From Anthoceros angustus (Eukaryota > Plantae > Anthocerotophyta): a stretch of DNA of 64,000 nucleotides. The position numbers were made by a program, and so were the translations under genes. Below are positions 12,778 to 26,332 of the stretch, one piece after another (position 1 is the first letter of the stretch; the number at the start of each line of letters is the position of its first letter). The stretch is from NCBI GenBank assembly GCA_010909165.1, contig VJWM01000103.1, positions 124,001-188,000 on the forward strand, in the 5' to 3' direction. The notes beneath the pieces are model-generated. The model did not search any database. It was not told the origin of the DNA and was given only the letters and a program-made list of their open reading frames with translations.

Positions 12778-14184
12778 CTACGAATAAGAAGGCGCTGCAA
12801 TCTTGAGTTTAGCCTTGAGCCTTTCAATCCCTGTTCTAAGGGTAGCTTCATCCTTGCAGAAAGCAAACCTCAACAAATTCTTGCCATCTTCAGGGTGAAG
12901 GTAGAAGACGCTGGGGGGTATGGCTGCAACGCCGACTTCTTCTATCAAGTACTGGGCAAAGGCGACGTCGGACTCAAACCCGAAGGGAGTGTGATCTACC
13001 ATGACGAAGTAGGTCCCCTGAGGCTCATAAACCTTGAAGCCAACACTCTTGAGACCTTGGACAAGTATGTCCTTCTTGGCCCTGTAATCAGCCACCAACT
13101 CCTGGTAATAAGAATCCGGGGCGTTGAGAGCTGCCACAGCTCCATACTGCAGAGGGGTGGGAGTGGTGAAGGTGAGGTAAGCATGAGCTTGGCGAATCCC
13201 CCATGTGAGCCGGGGAGGTGCCACAGCCCAGCCCACCTTCCAGCCCGTGAGGGAGAAGGTCTTGCCCAGAGAATTCATCGTCACTGTCCTGTCGTACATC
13301 CCTTTGATGGACGCCAGGGACACATGCTCTCCGCTGAACACCAGCTTGTTGTACACCTCATCCGTGAAAGCCAAGACGTCGTGCTGGATGCAGAGGTCGG
13401 CGATCAGCTCCAGCTCCTCCCGTGAGAACACCTTCCCTGTTGGGTTGTGAGGCGTGTTCACCAAAATGGCCCGGGTGTTGGAGGACATGGCTTGCCGGAG
13501 CTCCTCCACAGGAACAGAGAAGTCGGGAGGCCGCAGGGTGACCGCCTTCACCTTCGCGCCTGCCATGGACAGCGTGGCCTGGTACGAGTCATAGAAGGGC
13601 GCAAAGAGAACCACCTCGTCGCCCGGGTTGATGAGACCCAACATACTGGCAGCTATGGCTTCCGTGCACCCGGACGTGATGGTCACCTCCGTGTCCGGAT
13701 CCACTTTGATCCCCGACTCCTTGAAGAAGCTCCTGGCCACAGCTGCGTTGAGCTCCGGCACCCCGAATCCCCTGGCATACTGGTTCTTGCTGCCGTCCAG
13801 GACGGCCTGCACCGCCGCATCCTTCACGAATTGTGGGCCGTCAAAGTTGGGGAAGCCCTGCCCCAGATTCACAGCCTTGTGCTTCAGCGCAAGCAGGCTC
13901 ATTGTGGTGAAGATGGTGGTCTTGAACTGCTCCAGCCGCTTGGCAATCAGCGGCTGCTGGGCTGCGGCCGATCCCGCAGACCCAGCTGCGCCTCCCTGCT
14001 CAGTGGCCACTGCCGTGCCGACTCCGTTGCTCCCTGCTGCTGCGGACGCCATGATCCTCCTGCAAGCCAACTGCAGCCGGCGGGGTGGTGGGCTGGGCCG
14101 TGCCTTATGTATGCTTCCTATCCCGGAGTGCGGGACCTCGGACAGGATGCTCCTGCTGGCAAGGAGATCTGCCATTTTAGGCAC
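12778..14184 (-). CDS. PLP-dependent class I/II aminotransferase (methionine aminotransferase / kynurenine-oxoglutarate transaminase type), intronless, with N-terminal transit-like extension
   Basis: Motifs VNLGQGFPNFDGP, NTPHNPTGK, DEVY, NSLGKTFSLTGWKVGW (PLP lysine) and LRFAFCK. The start could be a downstream ATG (e.g. MASAAAG at 14052). Confidence 0.93.
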   Translation of the reverse strand: MPKMADLLASRSILSEVPHSGIGSIHKARPSPPPRRLQLACRRIMASAAAGSNGVGTAVATEQGGAAGSAGSAAAQQPLIAKRLEQFKTTIFTTMSLLALKHKAVNLGQGFPNFDGPQFVKDAAVQAVLDGSKNQYARGFGVPELNAAVARSFFKESGIKVDPDTEVTITSGCTEAIAASMLGLINPGDEVVLFAPFYDSYQATLSMAGAKVKAVTLRPPDFSVPVEELRQAMSSNTRAILVNTPHNPTGKVFSREELELIADLCIQHDVLAFTDEVYNKLVFSGEHVSLASIKGMYDRTVTMNSLGKTFSLTGWKVGWAVAPPRLTWGIRQAHAYLTFTTPTPLQYGAVAALNAPDSYYQELVADYRAKKDILVQGLKSVGFKVYEPQGTYFVMVDHTPFGFESDVAFAQYLIEEVGVAAIPPSVFYLHPEDGKNLLRFAFCKDEATLRTGIERLKAKLKIAAPSYS

Positions 14185-14540
14185 GACCCGCCACCATCTC
14201 TTTGGTGGCCCTGGGAGAGCCAGTGCGCCCTCGGAGGCTCTGCAGCGTGCTCAATAAAAGCCTTTCTGATTCAGGAGGTGCATGGGAATTCACGAACTTT
14301 GTCAGAAGAAGCAGGGTAAAGTGACATGCACAGAACATCAGAGATGCAATGTGCACGGCTGCGTTCACCCCGAGCGCACAGACTACTTAGTACGGGTTGT
14401 TGGGCTCTCCTCCTTAGGTGGAGAGACAGCGCGGTGCCGAAGGGAGGTGACCGTCCAGGTGCTCCTCACCGAATTCCACTGTTGGAAACCGGTCGATTAG
14501 GCTGATTCTGCGCCTGATGCTGTCGTATCTGAAGGCAGCC

Positions 14541-16595
14541 ATGAGCGTGTGTGCTGCAGGCGTGCAGAAGGGAGCAGTGTTGCCTGGCTTACTGGCAGTG
14601 GGGGTATCGACTTGGTCAAGATACTGTACTGCGTCCAAAGGTTTGGGATAGGCTTCTACGTTTTGGGATTCCGCAGGCTGAGCTGCATATTCCGTAGTGA
14701 TGGTAGACTCGGCTGTCGTCAGGTTTGCATATGTGGCCATGGAAAGGGATCTCAATAACAGCATCATCTGGTTCTGCGGACTTCACTGTAACCAAGAAAA
14801 CTGCTATGGATGCTGGAAGCGGGTCCAGCCTGCTTGCTTTCTACTGCGACCATCATGTGGTTCCCCTACCAGAAGGGCATAGGTTTCCAATGGACAAGTG
14901 CGAAGTTTACTCCTGGCTGTGTCGAGATGCATTCCCTAAAAACTCTTGCGAGGCTCCTCATCACGGATTTAGTTGAGGTGGATTGCTGGTTCTGCAGGTA
15001 CCGGTCAACCAGACTGCTGGTGGAGGGAGATGCCTCTTTGCAGCATATGCTGGCAACGTACCCTGCCCCGCTGGCGAGTGAACATGAGCTTGCCCTGGTG
15101 CATGATATACGGTATTGGGAAATCGACTCGAGACACCCCAAGAGTTCGTCTGACCTAGTTGGAATGATTTGCACTCAGGAATGGGTGAAGAATTTGAGTT
15201 ATCCTACCCATGACAAGCAGTCTTGAATCTGGCAAGCAGGTACGTCCAGAAAATTTTCAATGGGGAATTGAATGATAAAGAACAACGAGCTTTGGGCTTT
15301 CCCTGGAGCAACGAGCTTGTACAACGATCTCGTTCCTCTGTTGGGTGAGTGAAAAGTTGCTGGTAACCTCAGGCAATCCTTGGCAGTGCTTATAACGGTT
15401 GTGAGTTTGTAGGGGTACGGTGGGTGCAATGCATGCTGTGATGCTGGGCCTCCGAAGGGCTGCAGCCAATTTTGCGGGGGGCACACATCATGCTTTCAGT
15501 AGCCATGGAGAAGGCTTTTGTAGGGCTTCAACACCTCCACCAGTCTCTAGTAGTACTGCATCCTTTTCTTCTGAGACTTGGCTGGGGAGTGACCGCTTCT
15601 TGCACAGGTGTCTTCAATGACATAGCTGTGGCAGCAGTAGCAGCTTTGGAGCATTACCAGGAGCGATGTAACCTCAGCACTCCTATACTCGTGATTGATC
15701 TGGACGTGCATCAGGTTGGGGGACGTCTCCTGAGTCGGCATCCTCTCCTTATGCCAATTCAAAGCCTTCCTCACTTACGGTGCTGTCATGTTGACCACAT
15801 AGGGCAATGGTACAGCTAAACTTTTCGAGGATGACAATCGAGTGATTACATTCAGCATGCATGGAGCAAACAATTATCCATGGAGAACAAAAATGAAGTC
15901 TGACTATGACGTGGATTTGTCTGACGGGACTGCTGACGACGAATACTTACAAGTTCTCGCTGAGTGGCTACCAGTCTTGTTCGATCGACATCAACCCAGT
16001 CTAGTCTTCTTCCAGGTTATTTGTTCTGCCAGCGTTTCTCATTATCTTCACAGGGAGAAGGACTGTCTGGCATTTGAGCTGAAAAATTTTGCGCTTGCGT
16101 GGGCTGAATGGGTATAACAGGCAGGTGTGGATGCCCTCAAGGAAGACAGTTTTGGGCGACTTGCTATGACAAGGTAAGAGCAGATATTCGTGAGCGAGTT
16201 TGTGCAGCATAATGTGAGTTTGTGCAGCATAATGTGAGTTTGTGCAGCATAATGTGAGTTTGTGCAGTATGTAGCGTTTCATGATGTGGGTCGTTTTTCG
16301 CAGGCACGGATTGCTCAGACGAAACAACATGGTTTACAGTGAATGTCTGAAGCGAGAAGTGCCTCTTGTAATCACCATGGGTGGTGGTTATTCAAAGCCC
16401 CAAGATGGTGAGGAATAATGAGCTTCGGACTAGTTCCTTGATTTACATGTGCATATCCTGTCAAGGCTGACAAGGTTGGTTGTGTTGTGATTTGCCTCAG
16501 AATCAGTGCTCGCACATGCAGATGTGTACCGATCAGCGGCTTTGCGATATGCAGCCTGGCATGCTGCAAGAGAGCATAATGTGATAGAACTATAG
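14541..16595 (+). CDS. Histone-deacetylase-superfamily protein (class IV-like / bacterial-type), multi-exon, possible organelle transit peptide
   Basis: Spliced exons give YCDHHVVPLPEGHRFPMDKYR, LGFPWS, AGGTHHA, GFCVFNDIAVA, IDLDVHQGNGT, FSMHGANNYP, QAGVD, TMGGGY and AHADVYRSA, with the stop at 16593-16595. The start (ATG 14541, intron 14641-14722) is inferred. Confidence 0.88.
16196..16267. repeat. 20-bp tandem repeat x3.5 within a deacetylase intron
   Basis: (gagtttgtgcagcataatgt)n. Confidence 0.9.
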
Positions 16596-16818
16596 GACAT
16601 GCACTAAACCACTGGGGATGGAAATCGAGATAGTCTGTACTAGAATTACTATTAACCCAGTACAGTCAAAAAACAATTTGAAGCTTGTGGTGCTCCATAG
16701 CATGAAATTCTATGAACACTCGGTTCCGCCCTCGCTCGTGGAATTGAATCGAAGGAGCTGACCGCCACCTCGCCGAGTTCCAGATTAAGGGTGAAAAGAT
16801 TGAGGATCACCCGGCCTC

Positions 16819-18805
16819 TCAAGATAGAAACCATTGTTTGACTAGATCCAGAGGGCGCCGTAGGAAAGGTGCATGGCGCGCAACCAGCGGGTTGACAGTC
16901 GCTCCGATTCTATCCCAAGTACTTCGATGATAAGCTGCCGAAGTCGGTGCTTTATGTTTGAGTTTCAACACCTGCGCATTGCACCAATCCAGTAAAGACA
17001 TAAGTACGGGGCACCTGATTTAGTGCACTAAATACGAGAGGAAACTAACCTGCCAGTAGAGCATTATTTGCAAGAAGTTGCGTTGTGGTCTGCAACACGA
17101 GAACATTTCGGCATCAGAGGAACAAAGACGACCAGATTGATGAGACGCGAAGAATGAGTATCTCCAAGCATTTATCCCGGTGGACGGAAAGATGCTTACG
17201 TGAAGATTAGGAAGATCAGCAAGAATCCAATACCAATTTCCCAATTAGCACAGAGTGTGTTTAATACTCCGCTGTTTGACTCTACCCAAGTGCATGGCCT
17301 TGCCAAGTATTTCCTGCATGGCAAACCAAAAAGTAAGCAGTTAAGTCAGATGAAGGCCGGTCTCCTGACACAGGAAAGGCACCATCAAAAGGAGAACTAG
17401 ACAGCATCTCCATTCTCACCTGTACAGTTGGGCATTGCTAAAATTTTGCCTCAAGTAACGGGCAACAAGTTCCAAAGATCGACAAAGCAGAGGCAGAACA
17501 GCGACTGCCATATTTCCATACATGAGAAGAGAGGTCATTGTACAATCACAATGGAGCAAGACAAAATCACCACGCAGAAATACAAGAGGCTTACATTTAA
17601 TGGGTAAATATGAGGGAATAAATATGATTGAGTACATCAGGTACAGCAACTCCTTGCTGACGACCACTGATTGCAGCCAATACTGAATCCCCTGTAGATT
17701 CCAAGAGCGGGGTATCTGTGCAAAATCGAAGGTTGGCCAGTTTAGACAAACATCGTACTTAAGACATGTTGCATAGTGGACAAAAATGCACACTCCACAT
17801 TTTGTCACAGAATTCTGAATCGTGGCCAGAATCAGAGTTCAAGGTTGGATTGTTGTCATTACCATCTCCAGATGCAACCAGCTCCAAAGAGCAAGCACAA
17901 GCGGAACATCCATAATCTTTACAAGACAGAAGCAGCTTGCTTACCCCGTATTGAAGGTAAATAGAATGCGTGGCTCCGATGGCTGTTCCAAAAAGTGTGA
18001 ACCGATATGCTCGGTTGGAGATCGAGGATGGTACAAGCGGAAGAAAAGCTAAAACCGCCATGATGAGCACCTACAGGAATAGACCATGTCAGTGACCCTG
18101 CAGTAGTGTGGAAAGCCTCACACATAATTTGTACGGTAACAGACTTCAAGCACAAATACCCAAGCATTGTTCAAGAACTGGAAAGTCTGCTGTTTTGAGG
18201 GATTGGCTGCCGCAGAATCGGGCCTGGCTGCCCTAGCAGAAGACCCATTGAAGCTCCTGGTCCCTGTGCATAGCAAACATATTGGCCATCAGTCTAATCC
18301 ACTGGCTTCAATTAAACAGGCAAACTCCGTGCTTCACGTAAATAGAACCTGCGTTGACAGGACGCCCATGTTCTGCAGCTGGTTGAGACACAGATGGGGA
18401 AGGAGCTGAGGCGGGAGGCGTCACAGATTTAAGTGGTTCCACTTGTAGTTCTGGATCCTGCCAGGAAAGAGAAACCATATCATCACAACTTGAAATGCTA
18501 CGAGTTCCACACGCTCGATTACAGATGCAATAGAAAAATTGAGCTGAAGATGACAAGTGCAGCTTCGTTGAAACAACGTTCAATATAACTGCCATCGCAC
18601 AATCAAGAGTTTTGAAAAGCAGCAACGAGCTACTCACGATGTACCGCTGATAGAATTTTAGCTTGTAGTGCCGCAGCACGTCCAGGTTGGATGAGAGATG
18701 AGCTGGGACCAGAACGTTATTCCAGTAATCAGCCCATCTGCCGTCATCCTCGAAATTATAGTCCAGGGCCGCAGCCCGCTTCTGCTGCTGTTCCGCAGCT
18801 GCCAT
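16819..18805 (-). CDS. TMEM33/Pom33 family membrane protein, multi-exon
   Basis: Exon 1 is MAAAEQQQKRAAALDYNFEDDGRWADYWNNVL...HYKLKFYQRYI. Hydrophobic middle exons follow. The terminal exons read QRNFLQIMLYWQ | VLKLKHKAPTSAAYHRSTW...QWFLS*, matching plant TMEM33 homologues. Confidence 0.85.
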
Positions 18806-19270
18806 GTCCAAAACGCAGTCTAGTCACAGCTTCAATAATAGGACATGCTCATATGCTCGGTGCTGTTGTGACAACCTTGGTTCATATCGCTCTGGGGTAC
18901 CAGTCGGAAGAGAGATTCTCCAAATTCGTTAGGTTGCCCTTCTCCAAGTTACCGAATCTAATTCAAAGCCCGCTCTAGAGACCTTTCTTGCTAATCATTC
19001 GCCTTGAAGCTCTCCAGTCTGCAACCTAACCCTAATTCACCACTGATGGAGCTGGAGCTGCAAATATACTGCATGACGAATTGAGAAATTTGAAAGCTAT
19101 GAACGCCGATGCTTGAAGGGCACGCATGTGGAATGTCTGTCAGCTTGAAACAGGAACAGGAACAGGAAAACATGAGATCAAACAGAGACAACATGACCTA
19201 GGGGAGGGGGGTGACGAATACTGGTGCAAAGGAGTGGGAAACTGGCAAATTTGGTTTGCTGCCTCTCGAC

Positions 19271-22200
19271 ATGGCAGGGAAGGTTGTGGAGTCTCTACGA
19301 TATGGAACTCCCTGGCCCTCCGACTTGGCAGCAGGCCACGAGAGTTTTTCCAGAGTCTTCTTACCTTCCCTGGCCTTGCAGGCATCTGACTCCCCCAGTT
19401 TATTGCCTAGCCTACCCAGCTCTGTGGCCTCTGACAGTCTCACACAACGGGCATTCTCTTACGCGTCCCTAGACTATGACGAGATCTATCGTGCCGTCTT
19501 GCAAACGGAAGCGGAGAGTGCTGAAAGATTGCACACTGCAGCTGATGATGGGGATGACGAGAGATTCGGGAGATGGATGGAAGAAGAAGAGGACCCACCG
19601 ACTTTGGATGAGTTCTGCAACTTTGAGGAGGCTGTTGAGGTTAGTGGTGCGGAATTACTTGCTTGGCTGCTGCGCTGAAACAGTCCTGGGATTTTTTTTT
19701 TTCATGGGACGTCACGATCTGCAGAAGGATCGGGTGAAAATCGCCATCATTGTCCTTCGCAAGCTTGCTGCTGAATTTCCTGCGAAGGTTTCGAGTGGGT
19801 CAGAGCGACAGTTGAGAAACGAGCACAGCATCTGGAGCAATGAAGCGTGCTTGACGGAGTTAATATGCCTGCTTCCTATCGCCGTCTCCCGCTGCCCAGG
19901 ACTGTTGACTGCAGGTTGAGTGCTCTTCGATTTCCCACCCCCAAACCGTGAGTTGCCTGTAAGAGGTCGTTTGCATGCTTGCCAAGCTGATGAATGATGC
20001 ATGACAATGCTGGCGCTGTTTTTTTCTTTCATGTCGGCGATCTGTGTTTACAGCTTGTCTCTTTTGCAATTTATGCTGCAGAGCAGCTTGTGAAAGGTCT
20101 TCTCGGGGCCTCAAGTGACTGCGCTTTGCTTGTCGCGACATTCATTAACAATCCAATGATCCTTGAGCAAGGCGTGCTCCGTCTGGTGGAGGTTCTTTCT
20201 TCCCATTCAGAAGTGGTAGATGCGTTACCCCAGAGCGTCTTCAGTGGGAGCACTGCCAGTGCACTACGATTACCACCAGGAGGACATCCTACTCCAAATA
20301 ATGTGAAAGAGAAGCCCCCTGCTCTGACAACTACTTGCCCAAAGGTGGTGGAGCTGGCTGTCTGGGCACTAATGAGATTTTGCCAAGTAGCACCATCCTT
20401 TGCGTTCATCTGCCGCCAGGCTTTGTTAAGTACTTGCACATCTGCAGAGATGGCACTACATATCACGGTTGACGTCATCCAGGATGTTTTGGAATTCCTC
20501 TCTACAGTCATATTCTCCAGAGAAGACACCTCAAAATGGATGCTGTTGTGTGTTGGGGCATCTCAAAGGGCATCAGATCACCACCATTCTCCAGTTGCTT
20601 TTCCTTCATTGGTCGAAGCAAGAATCACCAACTTTTCTGATCTTGGTACCACGCAAGCTAATGTGGTTTTACGACGGGAAGGGGCAGTGCAAAGGGCAAG
20701 GGACAGATTGCTAGCTGACGCCAGGTCAACATTGGAACGAGAGGGTTGGTGTGGCAGATTGCACAGTCACCTCAGGCTCTTCTGTGTTCTTGTCCGTGCT
20801 GGTGATTTGCAGCCAACCCACGAAGAGGCAAGCTGCCTCCTGCTGACTAGTCCCTTTACACATGATGCATGACCAGAATGAGGTCAATGGGGGACCCTGA
20901 CGCTTGTACGGCCAAATTGTGCAGGTTGTTTTCTGGCTTAAGGCATTAGCTGGGAACACATGTAAGGCCGAGGAGGAGATTCTTGAGGAACGCACCCTGC
21001 AGCTGGGGATTTCATTTGTATGCTTGATTCCTGGTCTATCCAACATGACAACAAAAGTGCTTTTTTACAGCTGTGTCAGCTCACTTCTCTACGGTGTGAA
21101 AATGGCAACTTCCAGGGACTCTACATCTAGCATAGAGTTGTCAGTCTGGCTGGCTGTCCAGCTCCTAGTACGCAACCTGTCAGATATCGCTGTGGTACTG
21201 TCATCTCGTGCATGTTTTTCACACCTCGTTTTTCTGCTTGAATGTTTCTTCTATGAGTGGCGTCAATTTCCAATTTCTTGTTTGCAATTTTGCAGCTAGT
21301 TAGAGAAGCATTGGGAATGCACCTGACTGTTCACACCTCTATGTTACGAGACCTCGTGGATGCCGCTACTGGGGCCGGCATTTTGTCTGAGCCCGCTCTG
21401 GTGGCGGATGCTGTGGCTGCTCTTCGGCCAAAGGGTCCTATTTCGGGTCGAAGGTAACGATACAGCTGTTGTCGTGGCTTTCTGGTTTGAAACTTCAGTA
21501 AGTACTTCAAGATTGTTCATTGTTTTGACCTTGACTGCCATTGATTTATGCAGAAAGAAACCAGAGGTGACCCTGAGGTGCCTTGAGCAAATGTTCCAAT
21601 CAAACCAATTTGCTCGTCATGGAGTTGATCCATCTGGAGCCATCCTGCACTGCATCTCTGTTGCTAGGGAACCCATCCACCCTGTATGCATCTGCTTGTG
21701 TATGATGCTCTGACCATTGTCTTGTGTACATCAGTTTTGGCAATACTTGGCGCCAGGCATGTGTCATTCAACCTTACTTTTGGCACTGTTTTCAGGTCCT
21801 AATCCAGTTGGTACAATCAGCAGCCGACTCATCTGTTCCTCGTGGGAGGTCCTTCCAGCCAAATTCACAGTTCTTGTCCCAGAAGCTCCTATTGAAAGCT
21901 ATTCCGTCCATGTTTGTAGCAGGAACTGAGAAGGGTGTTTATATGCCCTGGAAAGCCTTCAGTATGCCAGCACAACCAAGTTCGAAAATATGCAGCGCAA
22001 GGGACCAGGGAGAAATGGCAGTAGCTTCTTTGGCTACTTTCTATGTACTGTGCACAGAGCATAATATGCGAGAATATGGGGTCAATTTTGGCACTGGCAA
22101 TGCTGATATAGCAGCTATTGAAGGAGCTGACAAGTGGTGGCAAAGTCTTCTTTCATCATTGCCTCTGAGGCCTCTAATGGCATATATGGAGGAGCGTTGG

Positions 22201-24084
22201 CTTGCCTATGAATATCTTTTACCCAGGGTTAGTATAACCGAATGATTTTTTGGTGTGTTGAGGCATGTCACTTCGTTTTTCTGATCTTGGGTGTCCTCTC
22301 GCCTGTGACAGTGGGTAGGTGTGGCTGCTGCTCTCTTCCCTGAAATTCTTCTTGTTCAGGATCTCCTTCACGAGTTTGAGAAATCACAGGATAGGTGTAT
22401 TGAGGACATTAAAGTGCGAGAAGATCTCAAATGGCGTCTAGCAACCATAGAGCCAGCAATCAATAAGAATTCTCCTGAGTTAAATACTGCCCACAGCAGT
22501 AAAGCGGAAAGCACTTTGCCAGCTGACAATGTGGAGTTTATACTGGGAGACGTGATTGGGTCACCTGAATCTTTGATGAGCCGGTTTGAAAATGTTTGCA
22601 CTGAGCCCCTGCAGGTCCTCCATGTTCTTCATTCTTTGATGCATCAATCGAGGTCTAGCCTGGAAAGAGAAATTGAATTCCAAGGAGGTTGGGCACTGGA
22701 GGTCTTAGTTGTAGAAAAGCTTGCACCCCGCCTCTTGAATCCAGCCTGTCCGAGATGTGTTCAAGATATGTTTTGCTCCTGGTGGGAAAGTCTCCCGTCT
22801 TATGCCTTAGAGCTTCTTGTCCCAACATTCCTGGAGGCCATGAAGGATGGCACTGTGCTCCCTTATTTGAGCGACGCAGCGACTGTTCCCTATGACGATG
22901 GTCACTTGAGAGGCAATAGCAAGACAAAAACTGTCACATATAGCCAGTTCCTGCAAGAACCTTTTACTATTCTGGCTTGCAGCTCAAAAGTGTACAGAAC
23001 TCCTTTGCTTGTTGTTGTGCTAAGGATCCTGCAGCAGCTACTCATCAAGAACAGGAGAATATGCCTAGCTGCAGGGCCTGAAGTCAGGCCAGCTCAAAAC
23101 GGGGCAGCTCAAAATCTAGCATTTGACGTGAGCCTAAAGCGAGAGGAAGTGTTAGCTGGACTAGTAGCACAGGATAGGTGGGCCTTGCTTCCTGTATCTC
23201 TCTTGCAGGGCATTGTTTTCACACTGATTCGTATCCTAGGTAGTCCTATAGATCTTTTAGATGTTCCGCACTGATCGTGCAGGTGTTGCCAGTGCTGTGT
23301 GCCAGATACTGCTCGAGGCATGCATATCAAGCAAGTCTTTAGGGGATGATATCAGCCCTGGGCCCTTGCTAGAAGCCCGCCATCTCATCTGTGCTACAAT
23401 TTCCTCCCTTCTACACACCACTCCATCTCTTCTCAAGGTTCTACATTTTCAGGTAAGCGTTTGGCTGTTTGCTGCAGGCATTTACTGTACTTGCTGTTTG
23501 CTTTGGTACCCCATGAGCCAAACTAATTTAAGCCTCTTCGGAACAGGGTTATGATGCCTCCCTCCTGCCAATGATGGTGGATGGTGTTCCAGCTTTGGTG
23601 CAATGTTTTGACTTTTTGCAGGAACTCATCCAGCAGCCCCAGCCGCAACAACAGATTTTTGCCGTGAATCTCACTGTGAACCTCATCACAAGGCACCCCA
23701 CGTTGCCTCAGTCTCTCCCGGCTGCCCAACTGGTGAGGTGTCTAACTTACTTAAGCGCACCTGCCTGCGGATTTGTGGCCCCATTTGACGTAAATCCTGT
23801 ATTATCTGGTGTAGGCTGTGGCACATTGTACCAACATTCGGACGAAGGCAGCAGGATCTGCGAATTTTCTACGAAAGGTGCTCGGTGCGGTTGCAGTATG
23901 TGCGGCTACTTTTCCTGTACTTACTCCTCAGGTTTTATCGTTACTGCAAAGCTGTGCGGTGCTCGGAGGGCCTCTTCGGCAAGGAGGCAGTCCACGGGAT
24001 GCAGAGCTGCAGGCATCTGCCATCAATGCTTTCAAATCTCTAGTGCGTAAAAAGATTTTGCACGGTCGAGTGCCCTCGCAGTAG
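19271..24084 (+). CDS. INTS2: Integrator complex subunit 2 homologue, multi-exon
   Basis: The C-terminal LICATISSLLHTTPSLLKVLHFQGYDASLLPMMVDGVPALVQCFDFLQELIQQPQPQQQIFAVNL matches the metazoan INTS2 segment (LVHFQGY...GIPSMHICLDFIPELIAQP..EKQIFA). The N-terminal SIWSNEACLTELICLLPIA...LVATFINNP also fits. Start codon inferred. Confidence 0.82.
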
Positions 24085-25126
24085 CCGGCATCGGGAAATC
24101 TGACTTGAAACTGGATTGTCGCTGTTCGAAATTTTAGTTGATTCAATCTTCCAGGCACTGTATTAGGCGGACTGCAAGCTTTCGGTTGATATTCAAAATC
24201 ATACATATTTACCTGTCTCCCTCGATCCTGGCTTGCCACTCCGTCAGCTGTGACAGGTAACTCGGGGCAAGCGCATGGTGCCTCACAATCAGTCGCTCCT
24301 GGTCAGCCAACTCCAAAGGCTTTTTCAGAGAGGCACATCCGGTTGGAACTCCCGATTGGCAAGAGGGGATGTTTTGCAGTAACTGCAACGATGTATCTGC
24401 GGCTTTGGAAATCCTGTCTGGAGGCCCCATCAGCCATGCAGCCAACCCCACGTTTTGCAGAACACGGATCTGCGAAGTACGCTGTTCACACTTTCCAGAC
24501 AGCCACTGAAGACCACCCATCACACCCTGGCAACTTTGGCTTCCAGGACAGCAAAGACGGTACCGTACCGCCCTGCAGTTAACGTTCCATGAGGCAAGGC
24601 AGCATAAAAAGCCTTCAAGGGGCGATACTGATTACAACGGATACTGCGGAACCCCTGCTGAGTGCCCTTGGCTACGGTAAGGAACTTTGATGGGCACAGC
24701 ACTGGCACATTCCACTCTGCAGACCGACTAACACTGGGGCAGAGATACATATCCGTCCTGCAAACTGCTGTGAAGGGCCAGAAGGAAATATGAAGTGGAT
24801 AGCCCATTTCCCTTTCATGTGTTGGGGAAAGTGCCACTTCACACGTCCCGGAGATCATCCAAGTACAGGCTTGATACGGAAACTGCTGCAGACAAAACCG
24901 GTGGCAGAGACCACACATCGGATACCCTGTATCCTTAACCAACAGGAAGACCTGCGGTCAGCTGCTCACTGCTCTTACCTTAACGGTAACTTTTCCACTA
25001 GTAGGCATGGAGACACAATGACCCATGGAAAGGAAGAGACACGGTGAAACTACTCTGCAACGCAACTAGGTCTGAAGAGGGCATGGCTAGATGCCTCCAA
25101 AAGCCACGAGATTTGGCCACTTGATC

Positions 25127-26299
25127 CTATGGCCCATCATAGTTGCTTCCTTCTTGGCCATAATATCCATAATCCACCTGATTCTGCAGAGAGTGGATGA
25201 CACCATTCCCAACACAATGAAAGCCATTCTGCAGGCCAATGTGTCTTTGAGCAGGAAAAGCGTGGCTACCATCTACCTTGAGATAGGCATCACCGTCTTG
25301 CCCACAGAATTCACCAACTTCAGGCTTCTCTCCCCTGCCATATACCAACTGCCCCATATGCTCTGGCAGTTTTGGGCTGGAATATTTCTCATCCTCATTC
25401 CAGATCTTGCCTTGGTTCACGTCAACCCAGTCAGCATATACATTACAGATCTCGGTCAGAGACTCCTTCCAGAGGGCCGTGGTCCTTTCCCCAGCGGCAG
25501 TTCTCACACTGTGCCTTGCTTTCTTGGAAATAAGGCCTTGAGAAGTTCCTGCAGGTTGAGAATCCGTCATTCCGACCTCCCATTGTTTTGTTGAGGACTT
25601 TACTTCAGTTGGTGTACCACCACCAGAACCTCCATTGCTGGAATCAAATGGACCCCCACCATAGGACTGCAGCTCTACATCGTGCATCAAGAAGCATTCA
25701 AAAGAAAGATGAGATCTTAGGGGAAAAAAAAACTTGGAAGTGCGTCTTTTAAAAGCATACAGATTATATGTAACTAAATATCAATGCAAAAGAAAGACAC
25801 TGCTTGCAGACGCAGCAGATGAGACTGAACAACAAGGGACTCTACGACTACAGACTTCTCCCAAAGTCCCATCGCTCGCTCCCCTACGACCGACGAAGGT
25901 GACCACAACTGCACACCATCCGAGCAAGATACACTGCCAAGGAATAAAGCCAACCAACCTGCTGAGCCGTGTGCAAAATGACACTTGTCTCCAAACGGAC
26001 AATGGCCAGTGACTTCCCACTTGTTGCAAATCCGCGTCTTCCAATTGGGAGGCCGTGCGGTTACACCACCACTCCCACTACTTGCACCACCAGGAGACAA
26101 GGGCGCAGCACTGCTGACGACCGGGGTGTCTCTTGCACCTCTTGCCTGCGGCCCGGGCTCATCATGCAGGAAATTACACCTGTCTCCATACGGACAGTTG
26201 CCCTCGTTGAAGTACTTCTTGCAAGGGCGAGTCTTATGGAACTTGAGCGAGTCCGCCGAAAGCCCATTCTGTAGCCCCTGTCCACCCTGACCTAGTCCT

Positions 26300-26332
<33 letters not shown>

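Noticed and set aside
12895-14319. Long plus-strand ORFs antisense to the aminotransferase
   Set aside because: Expected shadow ORFs of a GC3-rich gene; no recognisable motifs.
24090-25120. Several short ORFs between INTS2 and the CCCH gene
   Set aside because: No motifs; most likely convergent 3' UTRs or intergenic DNA.
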